NCBI RefSeq assembly: GCF_009914755.1
Contig: NC_060925.1
Source of the DNA: the human T2T-CHM13v2.0 reference genome, Homo sapiens
Length of the DNA stretch: 64,000 nt
Strand: one strand, 5' to 3'
The notes under the pieces: model-generated
Told to the model about the DNA's origin: nothing
What the model saw: the letters and a program-made list of their open reading frames with translations, nothing else
Databases searched by the model: none
In this document: one piece after another, positions 26,501 through 41,500 of the stretch
Numbering within the stretch: the stretch's first letter is position 1
Layout: each line of letters opens with the position of its first letter
Program-made: the position numbers and the translations under genes

Positions 26501-29500
26501 TCGTTCAACTCTGTGAGTTGAATACACACAACACAAGGAAGTTACTGAGAATTCTTCTGTCTAGCAGAATAGGAAGAAATCCCGTTTCCAACGAAGGCCA
26601 CAAGATGTCAGAATATCCACTTACAGACTTTACAAACAGAGTGTTTCCTAACTGCTCTATGAACAGAAAGGTTAAACTCTGTGAGTTGAACGAACACATC
26701 ACAACGCAGTTTGTGGGAATGATTCTGTCTAGTTTTGAAACGAAGATATTTCCTTTTCTGCCGTTGACCTTAAAGCGCTTGAAATCTACACTTGCAAATT
26801 GCACAAATAGAGTGTTTCAAATCTGCTCTGTCTAAGGGAACGTTCAACTCTGTGAGTTGAATGCACACAACACAAGGAAGTTACTGGGAATTCTTCTGTC
26901 TAGCCTTACATGAAAAAACCCGTTTCCAACGAAGGCCTCTAAGTGGTCAAAATATCCACGTGCAGACTTTACAAACAGAGTGTTTCCAAACCGCTGAATG
27001 AAAAGAAAAGTTGAACTCTGAGAGTTGAACGCACACATCACGCAGCAGTTTCTGAGAATGATTCTGTCTAGTTTTTATACGAAGATATTTCCTTTTCTGC
27101 CTTTGGCCCCAAAGCGCTTGAAATCTCCACTTGCAAATTCCACAAAAACAGTGTTTCAAATCTGCTCTCTCTAAATGAAAGTTCAACTCTGTCAGTTGAA
27201 TACACACAACACAAGGAAGTTACTGAGAATTCTTCTGTCTAGCATAATATGAAGAAATCCCGTTTCCAACGAAGGCCTCAAAGGGGTCTGAATATCCACT
27301 TGCAGACTTTATAAACAGAGTGTTTACTAACTGCTCTATGAAAAGAAAGGTTAAACTCTGTGAGTTGAACACACACATCACAAAGGAGTTTCTGAGAATC
27401 ATTCTGTCTAGTTTTTCTACGAAGATATTTCCTTTTCTACTATTGACCTGAAAGCGGCTGAAATCTCCACTTGCAAATTCCACAAAAAGAGTGTTTCAAG
27501 TCTGCTCTGTGTAAAGGATCGTTCAACTCTGTGAGTTGAATACACACAACACAAGGAAGTTTCTGAGAAATATTCTGTCTAGCAGAATATGAAGAAATCC
27601 CGTTTCCAACGAAGGCCTCAAGGAGGTCTGAATATCCACTTGCAGACTTTACAAACAGAGTGTTTCCTAACTGCTCTATGAAAAGAAAGGTTAAACTCTG
27701 TGAGTTGAACGCACACATCACAAAGGAGTTTATGAGAATCATTCTGTCTAGTTTCTATAGGAAGATATTTCCTATTCTACCATTGACCTCAAAGCGGCTG
27801 AAATCTCCACTTGCAAATTCCACAAAAAGAGTGTTTCAAGTCTGCTCTCTGTAAAGGATCGTTCAACTCTGTGAGTTGAATACACACAACACAAGGAAGT
27901 TTCTGAGAAATATTCTGTCTAGCAGAATATGAAGAAATCCCGTTTCCAACGAAGGTCTCAAAGAGGTCTGAATATCCACTTGCAGACTTTACAAACAGAG
28001 TGTTTCCTAACTGCTCTATGAAAAGAAAGGTTAAACTCTGTGAGTTGAACGCACACATCACAAAGGAGTTTATGAGAATCATTCTGTCTAGTTTCTATAA
28101 GAAGATACTTCCTATTCTACCATTGACCTCAAAGCGGCTGAAATCTCCACTTGCAAATTCGACAAAAAGAGTGTTTCAAGCCTGCTCTCTGTAAAGGATC
28201 CTTCAACTCTGTGAGTTGAATACACACAACACAAGGAAGTTACTGAGAATTATTCTGTCTAGCATAATATGAAGAAATCCCGTTTCCAACGAAGGCCTCA
28301 AAGAGGTCTGAATATCCACTTGCAGACTTTACAAACAGAGTGTTTCCTAACTGCTCTATGAGAAGAAAAGTTAAACTCTGTGAGTTGAACGCACACATCA
28401 CAAAAGATTTTCTGAGAATCATTCTGTCTAGTCTTTATATGAAGATAGTTTCCTTTTCTACCATTGACCTCAAAGCGGCTGAAATCTCCACTTGCAAATT
28501 CCACAAAAAGAGTGTTTCAAGCCTGCTCTGTGTAAAGGATCGTTCAACTCTGTGAGTTGAATACACACAACACAAGGAAGTTACTGAGAATTCTTCTGTC
28601 TAGCAGAATAGGAAGAAATCCCGTTTCCAACGAAGGCCACAAGATGTCAGAATATCCACTTACAGACTTTACAAACAGAGTGTTTCCTAACTGCTCTATG
28701 AACAGAAAGGTTAAACTCTGTGAGTTGAACGAACACATCACAACGCAGTTTGTGGGAATGATTCTGTCTAGTTTTGAAACGAAGATATTTCCTTTTCTGC
28801 CGTTGACCTTAAAGCGCTTGAAATCTACACTTGCAAATTGCACAAATAGAGTGTTTCAAATCTGCTCTGTCTAAGGGAACGTTCAACTCTGTGAGTTGAA
28901 TGCACACAACACAAGGAAGTTACTGGGAATTCTTCTGTCTAGCCTTACATGAAAAAACCCGTTTCCAACGAAGGCCTCTAAGTGGTCAAAATATCCACGT
29001 GCAGACTTTACAAACAGAGTGTTTCCAAACCGCTGAATGAAAAGAAAAGTTGAACTCTGAGAGTTGAACGCACACATCACGCAGCAGTTTCTGAGAATGA
29101 TTCTGTCTAGTTTTTATACGAAGATATTTCCTTTTCTGCCTTTGGCCCCAAAGCGCTTGAAATCTCCACTTGCAAATTCCACAAAAACAGTGTTTCAAAT
29201 CTGCTCTCTCTAAATGAAAGTTCAACTCTGTCAGTTGAATACACACAACACAAGGAAGTTACTGAGAATTCTTCTGTCTAGCATAATATGAAGAAATCCC
29301 GTTTCCAACGAAGGCCTCAAAGGGGTCTGAATATCCACTTGCAGACTTTATAAACAGAGTGTTTACTAACTGCTCTATGAAAAGAAAGGTTAAACTCTGT
29401 GAGTTGAACACACACATCACAAAGGAGTTTCTGAGAATCATTCTGTCTAGTTTTTCTACGAAGATATTTCCTTTTCTACTATTGACCTCAAAGCGGCTGA

Positions 29501-32500
29501 AATCTCCACTTGCAAATTCCACAAAAAGAGTGTTTCAAGTCTGCTCTGTGTAAAGGATCGTTCAACTCTGTGAGTTGAATACACACAACACAAGGAAGTT
29601 TCTGAGAAATATTCTGTCTAGCAGAATATGAAGAAATCCCGTTTCCAACGAAGGCCTCAAGGAGGTCTGAATATCCACTTGCAGACTTTACAAACAGAGT
29701 GTTTCCTAACTGCTCTATGAAAAGAAAGGTTAAACTCTGTGAGTTGAACGCACACATCACAAAGGAGTTTATGAGAATCATTCTGTCTAGTTTCTATAGG
29801 AAGATATTTCCTATTCTACCATTGACCTCAAAGCGGCTGAAATCTCCACTTGCAAATTCCACAAAAAGAGTGTTTCAAGTCTGCTCTCTGTAAAGGATCG
29901 TTCAACTCTGTGAGTTGAATACACACAACACAAGGAAGTTTCTGAGAAATATTCTGTCTAGCAGAATATGAAGAAATCCCGTTTCCAACGAAGGTCTCAA
30001 AGAGGTCTGAATATCCACTTGCAGACTTTACAAACAGAGTGTTTCCTAACTGCTCTATGAAAAGAAAGGTTAAACTCTGTGAGTTGAACGCACACATCAC
30101 AAAGGAGTTTATGAGAATCATTCTGTCTAGTTTCTATAAGAAGATACTTCCTATTCTACCATTGACCTCAAAGCGGCTGAAATCTCCACTTGCAAATTCG
30201 ACAAAAAGAGTGTTTCAAGCCTGCTCTCTGTAAAGGATCCTTCAACTCTGTGAGTTGAATACACACAACACAAGGAAGTTACTGAGAATTATTCTGTCTA
30301 GCATAATATGAAGAAATCCCGTTTCCAACGAAGGCCTCAAAGAGGTCTGAATATCCACTTGCAGACTTTACAAACAGAGTGTTTCCTAACTGCTCTATGA
30401 GAAGAAAAGTTAAACTCTGTGAGTTGAACGCACACATCACAAAAGATTTTCTGAGAATCATTCTGTCTAGTCTTTATATGAAGATAGTTTCCTTTTCTAC
30501 CATTGACCTCAAAGCGGCTGAAATCTCCACTTGCAAATTCCACAAAAAGAGTGTTTCAAGTCTGCTCTGTGTAAAGGATCGTTCAACTCTGTGAGTTGAA
30601 TACACACAACACAAGGAAGTTACTGAGAATTCTTCTGTCTAGCAGAATAGGAAGAAATCCCGTTTCCAACGAAGGCCACAAGATGTCAGAATATCCACTT
30701 ACAGACTTTACAAACAGAGTGTTTCCTAACTGCTCTATGAACAGAAAGGTTAAACTCTGTGAGTTGAACGAACACATCACAACGCAGTTTGTGGGAATGA
30801 TTCTGTCTAGTTTTGAAACGAAGATATTTCCTTTTCTGCCGTTGACCTTAAAGCGCTTGAAATCTACACTTGCAAATTGCACAAATAGAGTGTTTCAAAT
30901 CTGCTCTGTCTAAGGGAACGTTCAACTCTGTGAGTTGAATGCACACAACACAAGGAAGTTACTGGGAATTCTTCTGTCTAGCCTTACATGAAAAAACCCG
31001 TTTCCAACGAAGGCCTCTAAGTGGTCAAAATATCCACGTGCAGACTTTACAAACAGAGTGTTTCCAAACCGCTGAATGAAAAGAAAAGTTGAACTCTGAG
31101 AGTTGAACGCACACATCACGCAGCAGTTTCTGAGAATGATTCTGTCTAGTTTTTATACGAAGATATTTCCTTTTCTGCCTTTGGCCCCAAAGCGCTTGAA
31201 ATCTCCACTTGCAAATTCCACAAAAACAGTGTTTCAAATCTGCTCTCTCTAAATGAAAGTTCAACTCTGTCAGTTGAATACACACAACACAAGGAAGTTA
31301 CTGAGAATTCTTCTGTCTAGCATAATATGAAGAAATCCCGTTTCCAACGAAGGCCTCAAAGGGGTCTGAATATCCACTTGCAGACTTTATAAACAGAGTG
31401 TTTACTAACTGCTCTATGAAAAGAAAGGTTAAACTCTGTGAGTTGAACACACACATCACAAAGGAGTTTCTGAGAATCATTCTGTCTAGTTTTTCTACGA
31501 AGATATTTCCTTTTCTACTATTGACCTCAAAGCGGCTGAAATCTCCACTTGCAAATTCCACAAAAAGAGTGTTTCAAGTCTGCTCTGTGTAAAGGATCGT
31601 TCAACTCTGTGAGTTGAATACACACAACACAAGGAAGTTTCTGAGAAATATTCTGTCTAGCAGAATATGAAGAAATCCCGTTTCCAACGAAGGCCTCAAG
31701 GAGGTCTGAATATCCACTTGCAGACTTTACAAACAGAGTGTTTCCTAACTGCTCTATGAAAAGAAAGGTTAAACTCTGTGAGTTGAACGCACACATCACA
31801 AAGGAGTTTATGAGAATCATTCTGTCTAGTTTCTATAGGAAGATATTTCCTATTCTACCATTGACCTCAAAGCGGCTGAAATCTCCACTTGCAAATTCCA
31901 CAAAAAGAGTGTTTCAAGTCTGCTCTCTGTAAAGGATCGTTCAACTCTGTGAGTTGAATACACACAACACAAGGAAGTTTCTGAGAAATATTCTGTCTAG
32001 CAGAATATGAAGAAATCCCGTTTCCAACGAAGGTCTCAAAGAGGTCTGAATATCCACTTGCAGACTTTACAAACAGAGTGTTTCCTAACTGCTCTATGAA
32101 AAGAAAGGTTAAACTCTGTGAGTTGAACGCACACATCACAAAGGAGTTTATGAGAATCATTCTGTCTAGTTTCTATAAGAAGATACTTCCTATTCTACCA
32201 TTGACCTCAAAGCGGCTGAAATCTCCACTTGCAAATTCGACAAAAAGAGTGTTTCAAGCCTGCTCTCTGTAAAGGATCCTTCAACTCTGTGAGTTGAATA
32301 CACACAACACAAGGAAGTTACTGAGAATTATTCTGTCTAGCATAATATGAAGAAATCCCGTTTCCAACGAAGGCCTCAAAGAGGTCTGAATATCCACTTG
32401 CAGACTTTACAAACAGAGTGTTTCCTAACTGCTCTATGAGAAGAAAAGTTAAACTCTGTGAGTTGAACGCACACATCACAAAAGATTTTCTGAGAATCAT

Positions 32501-35500
32501 TCTGTCTAGTCTTTATATGAAGATAGTTTCCTTTTCTACCATTGACCTCAAAGCGGCTGAAATCTCCACTTGCAAATTCCACAAAAAGAGTGTTTCAAGT
32601 CTGCTCTGTGTAAAGGATCGTTCAACTCTGTGAGTTGAATACACACAACACAAGGAAGTTACTGAGAATTCTTCTGTCTAGCAGAATAGGAAGAAATCCC
32701 GTTTCCAACGAAGGCCACAAGATGTCAGAATATCCACTTACAGACTTTACAAACAGAGTGTTTCCTAACTGCTCTATGAACAGAAAGGTTAAACTCTGTG
32801 AGTTGAACGAACACATCACAACGCAGTTTGTGGGAATGATTCTGTCTAGTTTTGAAACGAAGATATTTCCTTTTCTGCCGTTGACCTTAAAGCGCTTGAA
32901 ATCTACACTTGCAAATTGCACAAATAGAGTGTTTCAAATCTGCTCTGTCTAAGGGAACGTTCAACTCTGTGAGTTGAATGCACACAACACAAGGAAGTTA
33001 CTGGGAATTCTTCTGTCTAGCCTTACATGAAAAAACCCGTTTCCAACGAAGGCCTCTAAGTGGTCAAAATATCCACGTGCAGACTTTACAAACAGAGTGT
33101 TTCCAAACCGCTGAATGAAAAGAAAAGTTGAACTCTGAGAGTTGAACGCACACATCACGCAGCAGTTTCTGAGAATGATTCTGTCTAGTTTTTATACGAA
33201 GATATTTCCTTTTCTGCCTTTGGCCCCAAAGCGCTTGAAATCTCCACTTGCAAATTCCACAAAAACAGTGTTTCAAATCTGCTCTCTCTAAATGAAAGTT
33301 CAACTCTGTCAGTTGAATACACACAACACAAGGAAGTTACTGAGAATTCTTCTGTCTAGCATAATATGAAGAAATCCCGTTTCCAACGAAGGCCTCAAAG
33401 GGGTCTGAATATCCACTTGCAGACTTTATAAACAGAGTGTTTACTAACTGCTCTATGAAAAGAAAGGTTAAACTCTGTGAGTTGAACACACACATCACAA
33501 AGGAGTTTCTGAGAATCATTCTGTCTAGTTTTTCTACGAAGATATTTCCTTTTCTACTATTGACCTCAAAGCGGCTGAAATCTCCACTTGCAAATTCCAC
33601 AAAAAGAGTGTTTCAAGTCTGCTCTGTGTAAAGGATCGTTCAACTCTGTGAGTTGAATACACACAACACAAGGAAGTTTCTGAGAAATATTCTGTCTAGC
33701 AGAATATGAAGAAATCCCGTTTCCAACGAAGGCCTCAAGGAGGTCTGAATATCCACTTGCAGACTTTACAAACAGAGTGTTTCCTAACTGCTCTATGAAA
33801 AGAAAGGTTAAACTCTGTGAGTTGAACGCACACATCACAAAGGAGTTTATGAGAATCATTCTGTCTAGTTTCTATAGGAAGATATTTCCTATTCTACCAT
33901 TGACCTCAAAGCGGCTGAAATCTCCACTTGCAAATTCCACAAAAAGAGTGTTTCAAGTCTGCTCTCTGTAAAGGATCGTTCAACTCTGTGAGTTGAATAC
34001 ACACAACACAAGGAAGTTTCTGAGAAATATTCTGTCTAGCAGAATATGAAGAAATCCCGTTTCCAACGAAGGTCTCAAAGAGGTCTGAATATCCACTTGC
34101 AGACTTTACAAACAGAGTGTTTCCTAACTGCTCTATGAAAAGAAAGGTTAAACTCTGTGAGTTGAACGCACACATCACAAAGGAGTTTATGAGAATCATT
34201 CTGTCTAGTTTCTATAAGAAGATACTTCCTATTCTACCATTGACCTCAAAGCGGCTGAAATCTCCACTTGCAAATTCGACAAAAAGAGTGTTTCAAGCCT
34301 GCTCTCTGTAAAGGATCCTTCAACTCTGTGAGTTGAATACACACAACACAAGGAAGTTACTGAGAATTATTCTGTCTAGCATAATATGAAGAAATCCCGT
34401 TTCCAACGAAGGCCTCAAAGAGGTCTGAATATCCACTTGCAGACTTTACAAACAGAGTGTTTCCTAACTGCTCTATGAGAAGAAAAGTTAAACTCTGTGA
34501 GTTGAACGCACACATCACAAAAGATTTTCTGAGAATCATTCTGTCTAGTCTTTATATGAAGATAGTTTCCTTTTCTACCATTGACCTCAAAGCGGCTGAA
34601 ATCTCCACTTGCAAATTCCACAAAAAGAGTGTTTCAAGTCTGCTCTGTGTAAAGGATCGTTCAACTCTGTGAGTTGAATACACACAACACAAGGAAGTTA
34701 CTGAGAATTCTTCTGTCTAGCAGAATAGGAAGAAATCCCGTTTCCAACGAAGGCCACAAGATGTCAGAATATCCACTTACAGACTTTACAAACAGAGTGT
34801 TTCCTAACTGCTCTATGAACAGAAAGGTTAAACTCTGTGAGTTGAACGAACACATCACAACGCAGTTTGTGGGAATGATTCTGTCTAGTTTTGAAACGAA
34901 GATATTTCCTTTTCTGCCGTTGACCTTAAAGCGCTTGAAATCTACACTTGCAAATTGCACAAATAGAGTGTTTCAAATCTGCTCTGTCTAAGGGAACGTT
35001 CAACTCTGTGAGTTGAATGCACACAACACAAGGAAGTTACTGGGAATTCTTCTGTCTAGCCTTACATGAAAAAACCCGTTTCCAACGAAGGCCTCTAAGT
35101 GGTCAAAATATCCACGTGCAGACTTTACAAACAGAGTGTTTCCAAACCGCTGAATGAAAAGAAAAGTTGAACTCTGAGAGTTGAACGCACACATCACGCA
35201 GCAGTTTCTGAGAATGATTCTGTCTAGTTTTTATACGAAGATATTTCCTTTTCTGCCTTTGGCCCCAAAGCGCTTGAAATCTCCACTTGCAAATTCCACA
35301 AAAACAGTGTTTCAAATCTGCTCTCTCTAAATGAAAGTTCAACTCTGTCAGTTGAATACACACAACACAAGGAAGTTACTGAGAATTCTTCTGTCTAGCA
35401 TAATATGAAGAAATCCCGTTTCCAACGAAGGCCTCAAAGGGGTCTGAATATCCACTTGCAGACTTTATAAACAGAGTGTTTACTAACTGCTCTATGAAAA

Positions 35501-38500
35501 GAAAGGTTAAACTCTGTGAGTTGAACACACACATCACAAAGGAGTTTCTGAGAATCATTCTGTCTAGTTTTTCTACGAAGATATTTCCTTTTCTACTATT
35601 GACCTCAAAGCGGCTGAAATCTCCACTTGCAAATTCCACAAAAAGAGTGTTTCAAGTCTGCTCTGTGTAAAGGATCGTTCAACTCTGTGAGTTGAATACA
35701 CACAACACAAGGAAGTTTCTGAGAAATATTCTGTCTAGCAGAATATGAAGAAATCCCGTTTCCAACGAAGGCCTCAAGGAGGTCTGAATATCCACTTGCA
35801 GACTTTACAAACAGAGTGTTTCCTAACTGCTCTATGAAAAGAAAGGTTAAACTCTGTGAGTTGAACGCACACATCACAAAGGAGTTTCTGAGAATCATTC
35901 TGTCTAGTTTCTATAGGAAGATATTTCCTATTCTACCGTTGACCTCAAAGCGGCTGAAATCTCCACTTGCAAATTCCACAAAAAGAGTGTTTCAAGTCTG
36001 CTCTCTGTAAAGGATCGTTCAACTCTGTGAGTTGAATACACACAACACAAGGAAGTTTCTGAGAAATATTCTGTCTAGCAGAATATGAAGAAATCCCGTT
36101 TCCAACGAAGGTCTCAAAGAGGTCTGAATATCCACTTGCAGACTTTACAAACAGAGTGTTTCCTAACTGCTCTATGAAAAGAAAGGTTAAACTCTGTGAG
36201 TTGAACGCACACATCACAAAGGAGTTTATGAGAATCATTCTGTCTAGTTTCTATAAGAAGATACTTCCTATTCTACCATTGACCTCAAAGCGGCTGAAAT
36301 CTCCACTTGCAAATTCGACAAAAAGAGTGTTTCAAGCCTGCTCTCTGTAAAGGATCCTTCAACTCTGTGAGTTGAATACACACAACACAAGGAAGTTACT
36401 GAGAATTATTCTGTCTAGCAGAATATGAAGAAATCCCGTTTCCAACGAAGGCCTCAAAGAGGTCTGAATATCCACTTGCAGACTTTACAAACAGAGTGTT
36501 TCCTAACTGCTCTATGAGAAGAAAAGTTAAACTCTGTGAGTTGAACGCACACATCACAAAAGATTTTCTGAGAATCATTCTGTCTAGTCTTTATATGAAG
36601 ATAGTTTCCTTTTCTACCATTGACCTCAAAGCGGCTGAAATCTCCACTTGCAAATTCCACAAAAAGAGTGTTTCAAGTCTGCTCTGTGTAAAGGATCGTT
36701 CAACTCTGTGAGTTGAATACACACAACACAAGGAAGTTACTGAGAATTCTTCTGTCTAGCAGAATAGGAAGAAATCCCGTTTCCAACGAAGGCCACAAGA
36801 TGTCAGAATATCCACTTACAGACTTTACAAACAGAGTGTTTCCTAACTGCTCTATGAACAGAAAGGTTAAACTCTGTGAGTTGAACGAACACATCACAAC
36901 GCAGTTTGTGGGAATGATTCTGTCTAGTTTTGAAACGAAGATATTTCCTTTTCTGCCGTTGACCTTAAAGCGCTTGAAATCTACACTTGCAAATTGCACA
37001 AATAGAGTGTTTCAAATCTGCTCTGTCTAAGGGAACGTTCAACTCTGTGAGTTGAATGCACACAACACAAGGAAGTTACTGGGAATTCTTCTGTCTAGCC
37101 TTACATGAAAAAACCCGTTTCCAACGAAGGCCTCTAAGTGGTCAAAATATCCACGTGCAGACTTTACAAACAGAGTGTTTCCAAACCGCTGAATGAAAAG
37201 AAAAGTTGAACTCTGAGAGTTGAACGCACACATCACGCAGCAGTTTCTGAGAATGATTCTGTCTAGTTTTTATACGAAGATATTTCCTTTTCTGCCTTTG
37301 GCCCCAAAGCGCTTGAAATCTCCACTTGCAAATTCCACAAAAACAGTGTTTCAAATCTGCTCTCTCTAAATGAAAGTTCAACTCTGTCAGTTGAATACAC
37401 ACAACACAAGGAAGTTACTGAGAATTCTTCTGTCTAGCATAATATGAAGAAATCCCGTTTCCAACGAAGGCCTCAAAGGGGTCTGAATATCCACTTGCAG
37501 ACTTTATAAACAGAGTGTTTACTAACTGCTCTATGAAAAGAAAGGTTAAACTCTGTGAGTTGAACACACACATCACAAAGGAGTTTCTGAGAATCATTCT
37601 GTCTAGTTTTTCTACGAAGATATTTCCTTTTCTACTATTGACCTCAAAGCGGCTGAAATCTCCACTTGCAAATTCCACAAAAAGAGTGTTTCAAGTCTGC
37701 TCTGTGTAAAGGATCGTTCAACTCTGTGAGTTGAATACACACAACACAAGGAAGTTTCTGAGAAATATTCTGTCTAGCAGAATATGAAGAAATCCCGTTT
37801 CCAACGAAGGCCTCAAGGAGGTCTGAATATCCACTTGCAGACTTTACAAACAGAGTGTTTCCTAACTGCTCTATGAAAAGAAAGGTTAAACTCTGTGAGT
37901 TGAACGCACACATCACAAAGGAGTTTATGAGAATCATTCTGTCTAGTTTCTATAGGAAGATATTTCCTATTCTACCATTGACCTCAAAGCGGCTGAAATC
38001 TCCACTTGCAAATTCCACAAAAAGAGTGTTTCAAGTCTGCTCTCTGTAAAGGATCGTTCAACTCTGTGAGTTGAATACACACAACACAAGGAAGTTTCTG
38101 AGAAATATTCTGTCTAGCAGAATATGAAGAAATCCCGTTTCCAACGAAGGTCTCAAAGAGGTCTGAATATCCACTTGCAGACTTTACAAACAGAGTGTTT
38201 CCTAACTGCTCTATGAAAAGAAAGGTTAAACTCTGTGAGTTGAACGCACACATCACAAAGGAGTTTATGAGAATCATTCTGTCTAGTTTCTATAAGAAGA
38301 TACTTCCTATTCTACCATTGACCTCAAAGCGGCTGAAATCTCCACTTGCAAATTCGACAAAAAGAGTGTTTCAAGCCTGCTCTCTGTAAAGGATCCTTCA
38401 ACTCTGTGAGTTGAATACACACAACACAAGGAAGTTACTGAGAATTATTCTGTCTAGCATAATATGAAGAAATCCCGTTTCCAACGAAGGCCTCAAAGAG

Positions 38501-41500
38501 GTCTGAATATCCACTTGCAGACTTTACAAACAGAGTGTTTCCTAACTGCTCTATGAGAAGAAAAGTTAAACTCTGTGAGTTGAACGCACACATCACAAAA
38601 GATTTTCTGAGAATCATTCTGTCTAGTCTTTATATGAAGATAGTTTCCTTTTCTACCATTGACCTCAAAGCGGCTGAAATCTCCACTTGCAAATTCCACA
38701 AAAAGAGTGTTTCAAGTCTGCTCTGTGTAAAGGATCGTTCAACTCTGTGAGTTGAATACACACAACACAAGGAAGTTACTGAGAATTCTTCTGTCTAGCA
38801 GAATAGGAAGAAATCCCGTTTCCAACGAAGGCCACAAGATGTCAGAATATCCACTTACAGACTTTACAAACAGAGTGTTTCCTAACTGCTCTATGAACAG
38901 AAAGGTTAAACTCTGTGAGTTGAACGAACACATCACAACGCAGTTTGTGGGAATGATTCTGTCTAGTTTTGAAACGAAGATATTTCCTTTTCTGCCGTTG
39001 ACCTTAAAGCGCTTGAAATCTACACTTGCAAATTGCACAAATAGAGTGTTTCAAATCTGCTCTGTCTAAGGGAACGTTCAACTCTGTGAGTTGAATGCAC
39101 ACAACACAAGGAAGTTACTGGGAATTCTTCTGTCTAGCCTTACATGAAAAAACCCGTTTCCAACGAAGGCCTCTAAGTGGTCAAAATATCCACGTGCAGA
39201 CTTTACAAACAGAGTGTTTCCAAACCGCTGAATGAAAAGAAAAGTTGAACTCTGAGAGTTGAACGCACACATCACGCAGCAGTTTCTGAGAATGATTCTG
39301 TCTAGTTTTTATACGAAGATATTTCCTTTTCTGCCTTTGGCCCCAAAGCGCTTGAAATCTCCACTTGCAAATTCCACAAAAACAGTGTTTCAAATCTGCT
39401 CTCTCTAAATGAAAGTTCAACTCTGTCAGTTGAATACACACAACACAAGGAAGTTACTGAGAATTCTTCTGTCTAGCATAATATGAAGAAATCCCGTTTC
39501 CAACGAAGGCCTCAAAGGGGTCTGAATATCCACTTGCAGACTTTATAAACAGAGTGTTTACTAACTGCTCTATGAAAAGAAAGGTTAAACTCTGTGAGTT
39601 GAACACACACATCACAAAGGAGTTTCTGAGAATCATTCTGTCTAGTTTTTCTACGAAGATATTTCCTTTTCTACTATTGACCTCAAAGCGGCTGAAATCT
39701 CCACTTGCAAATTCCACAAAAAGAGTGTTTCAAGTCTGCTCTGTGTAAAGGATCGTTCAACTCTGTGAGTTGAATACACACAACACAAGGAAGTTTCTGA
39801 GAAATATTCTGTCTAGCAGAATATGAAGAAATCCCGTTTCCAACGAAGGCCTCAAGGAGGTCTGAATATCCACTTGCAGACTTTACAAACAGAGTGTTTC
39901 CTAACTGCTCTATGAAAAGAAAGGTTAAACTCTGTGAGTTGAACGCACACATCACAAAGGAGTTTATGAGAATCATTCTGTCTAGTTTCTATAGGAAGAT
40001 ATTTCCTATTCTACCATTGACCTCAAAGCGGCTGAAATCTCCACTTGCAAATTCCACAAAAAGAGTGTTTCAAGTCTGCTCTCTGTAAAGGATCGTTCAA
40101 CTCTGTGAGTTGAATACACACAACACAAGGAAGTTTCTGAGAAATATTCTGTCTAGCAGAATATGAAGAAATCCCGTTTCCAACGAAGGTCTCAAAGAGG
40201 TCTGAATATCCACTTGCAGACTTTACAAACAGAGTGTTTCCTAACTGCTCTATGAAAAGAAAGGTTAAACTCTGTGAGTTGAACGCACACATCACAAAGG
40301 AGTTTATGAGAATCATTCTGTCTAGTTTCTATAAGAAGATACTTCCTATTCTACCATTGACCTCAAAGCGGCTGAAATCTCCACTTGCAAATTCGACAAA
40401 AAGAGTGTTTCAAGCCTGCTCTCTGTAAAGGATCCTTCAACTCTGTGAGTTGAATACACACAACACAAGGAAGTTACTGAGAATTATTCTGTCTAGCAGA
40501 ATATGAAGAAATCCCGTTTCCAACGAAGGCCTCAAAGAGGTCTGAATATCCACTTGCAGACTTTACAAACAGAGTGTTTCCTAACTGCTCTATGAGAAGA
40601 AAAGTTAAACTCTGTGAGTTGAACGCACACATCACAAAAGATTTTCTGAGAATCATTCTGTCTAGTCTTTATATGAAGATAGTTTCCTTTTCTACCATTG
40701 ACCTCAAAGCGGCTGAAATCTCCACTTGCAAATTCCACAAAAAGAGTGTTTCAAGTCTGCTCTGTGTAAAGGATCGTTCAACTCTGTGAGTTGAATACAC
40801 ACAACACAAGGAAGTTACTGAGAATTCTTCTGTCTAGCAGAATAGGAAGAAATCCCGTTTCCAACGAAGGCCACAAGATGTCAGAATATCCACTTACAGA
40901 CTTTACAAACAGAGTGTTTCCTAACTGCTCTATGAACAGAAAGGTTAAACTCTGTGAGTTGAACGAACACATCACAACGCAGTTTGTGGGAATGATTCTG
41001 TCTAGTTTTGAAACGAAGATATTTCCTTTTCTGCCGTTGACCTTAAAGCGCTTGAAATCTACACTTGCAAATTGCACAAATAGAGTGTTTCAAATCTGCT
41101 CTGTCTAAGGGAACGTTCAACTCTGTGAGTTGAATGCACACAACACAAGGAAGTTACTGGGAATTCTTCTGTCTAGCCTTACATGAAAAAACCCGTTTCC
41201 AACGAAGGCCTCTAAGTGGTCAAAATATCCACGTGCAGACTTTACAAACAGAGTGTTTCCAAACCGCTGAATGAAAAGAAAAGTTGAACTCTGAGAGTTG
41301 AACGCACACATCACGCAGCAGTTTCTGAGAATGATTCTGTCTAGTTTTTATACGAAGATATTTCCTTTTCTGCCTTTGGCCCCAAAGCGCTTGAAATCTC
41401 CACTTGCAAATTCCACAAAAACAGTGTTTCAAATCTGCTCTCTCTAAATGAAAGTTCAACTCTGTCAGTTGAATACACACAACACAAGGAAGTTACTGAG

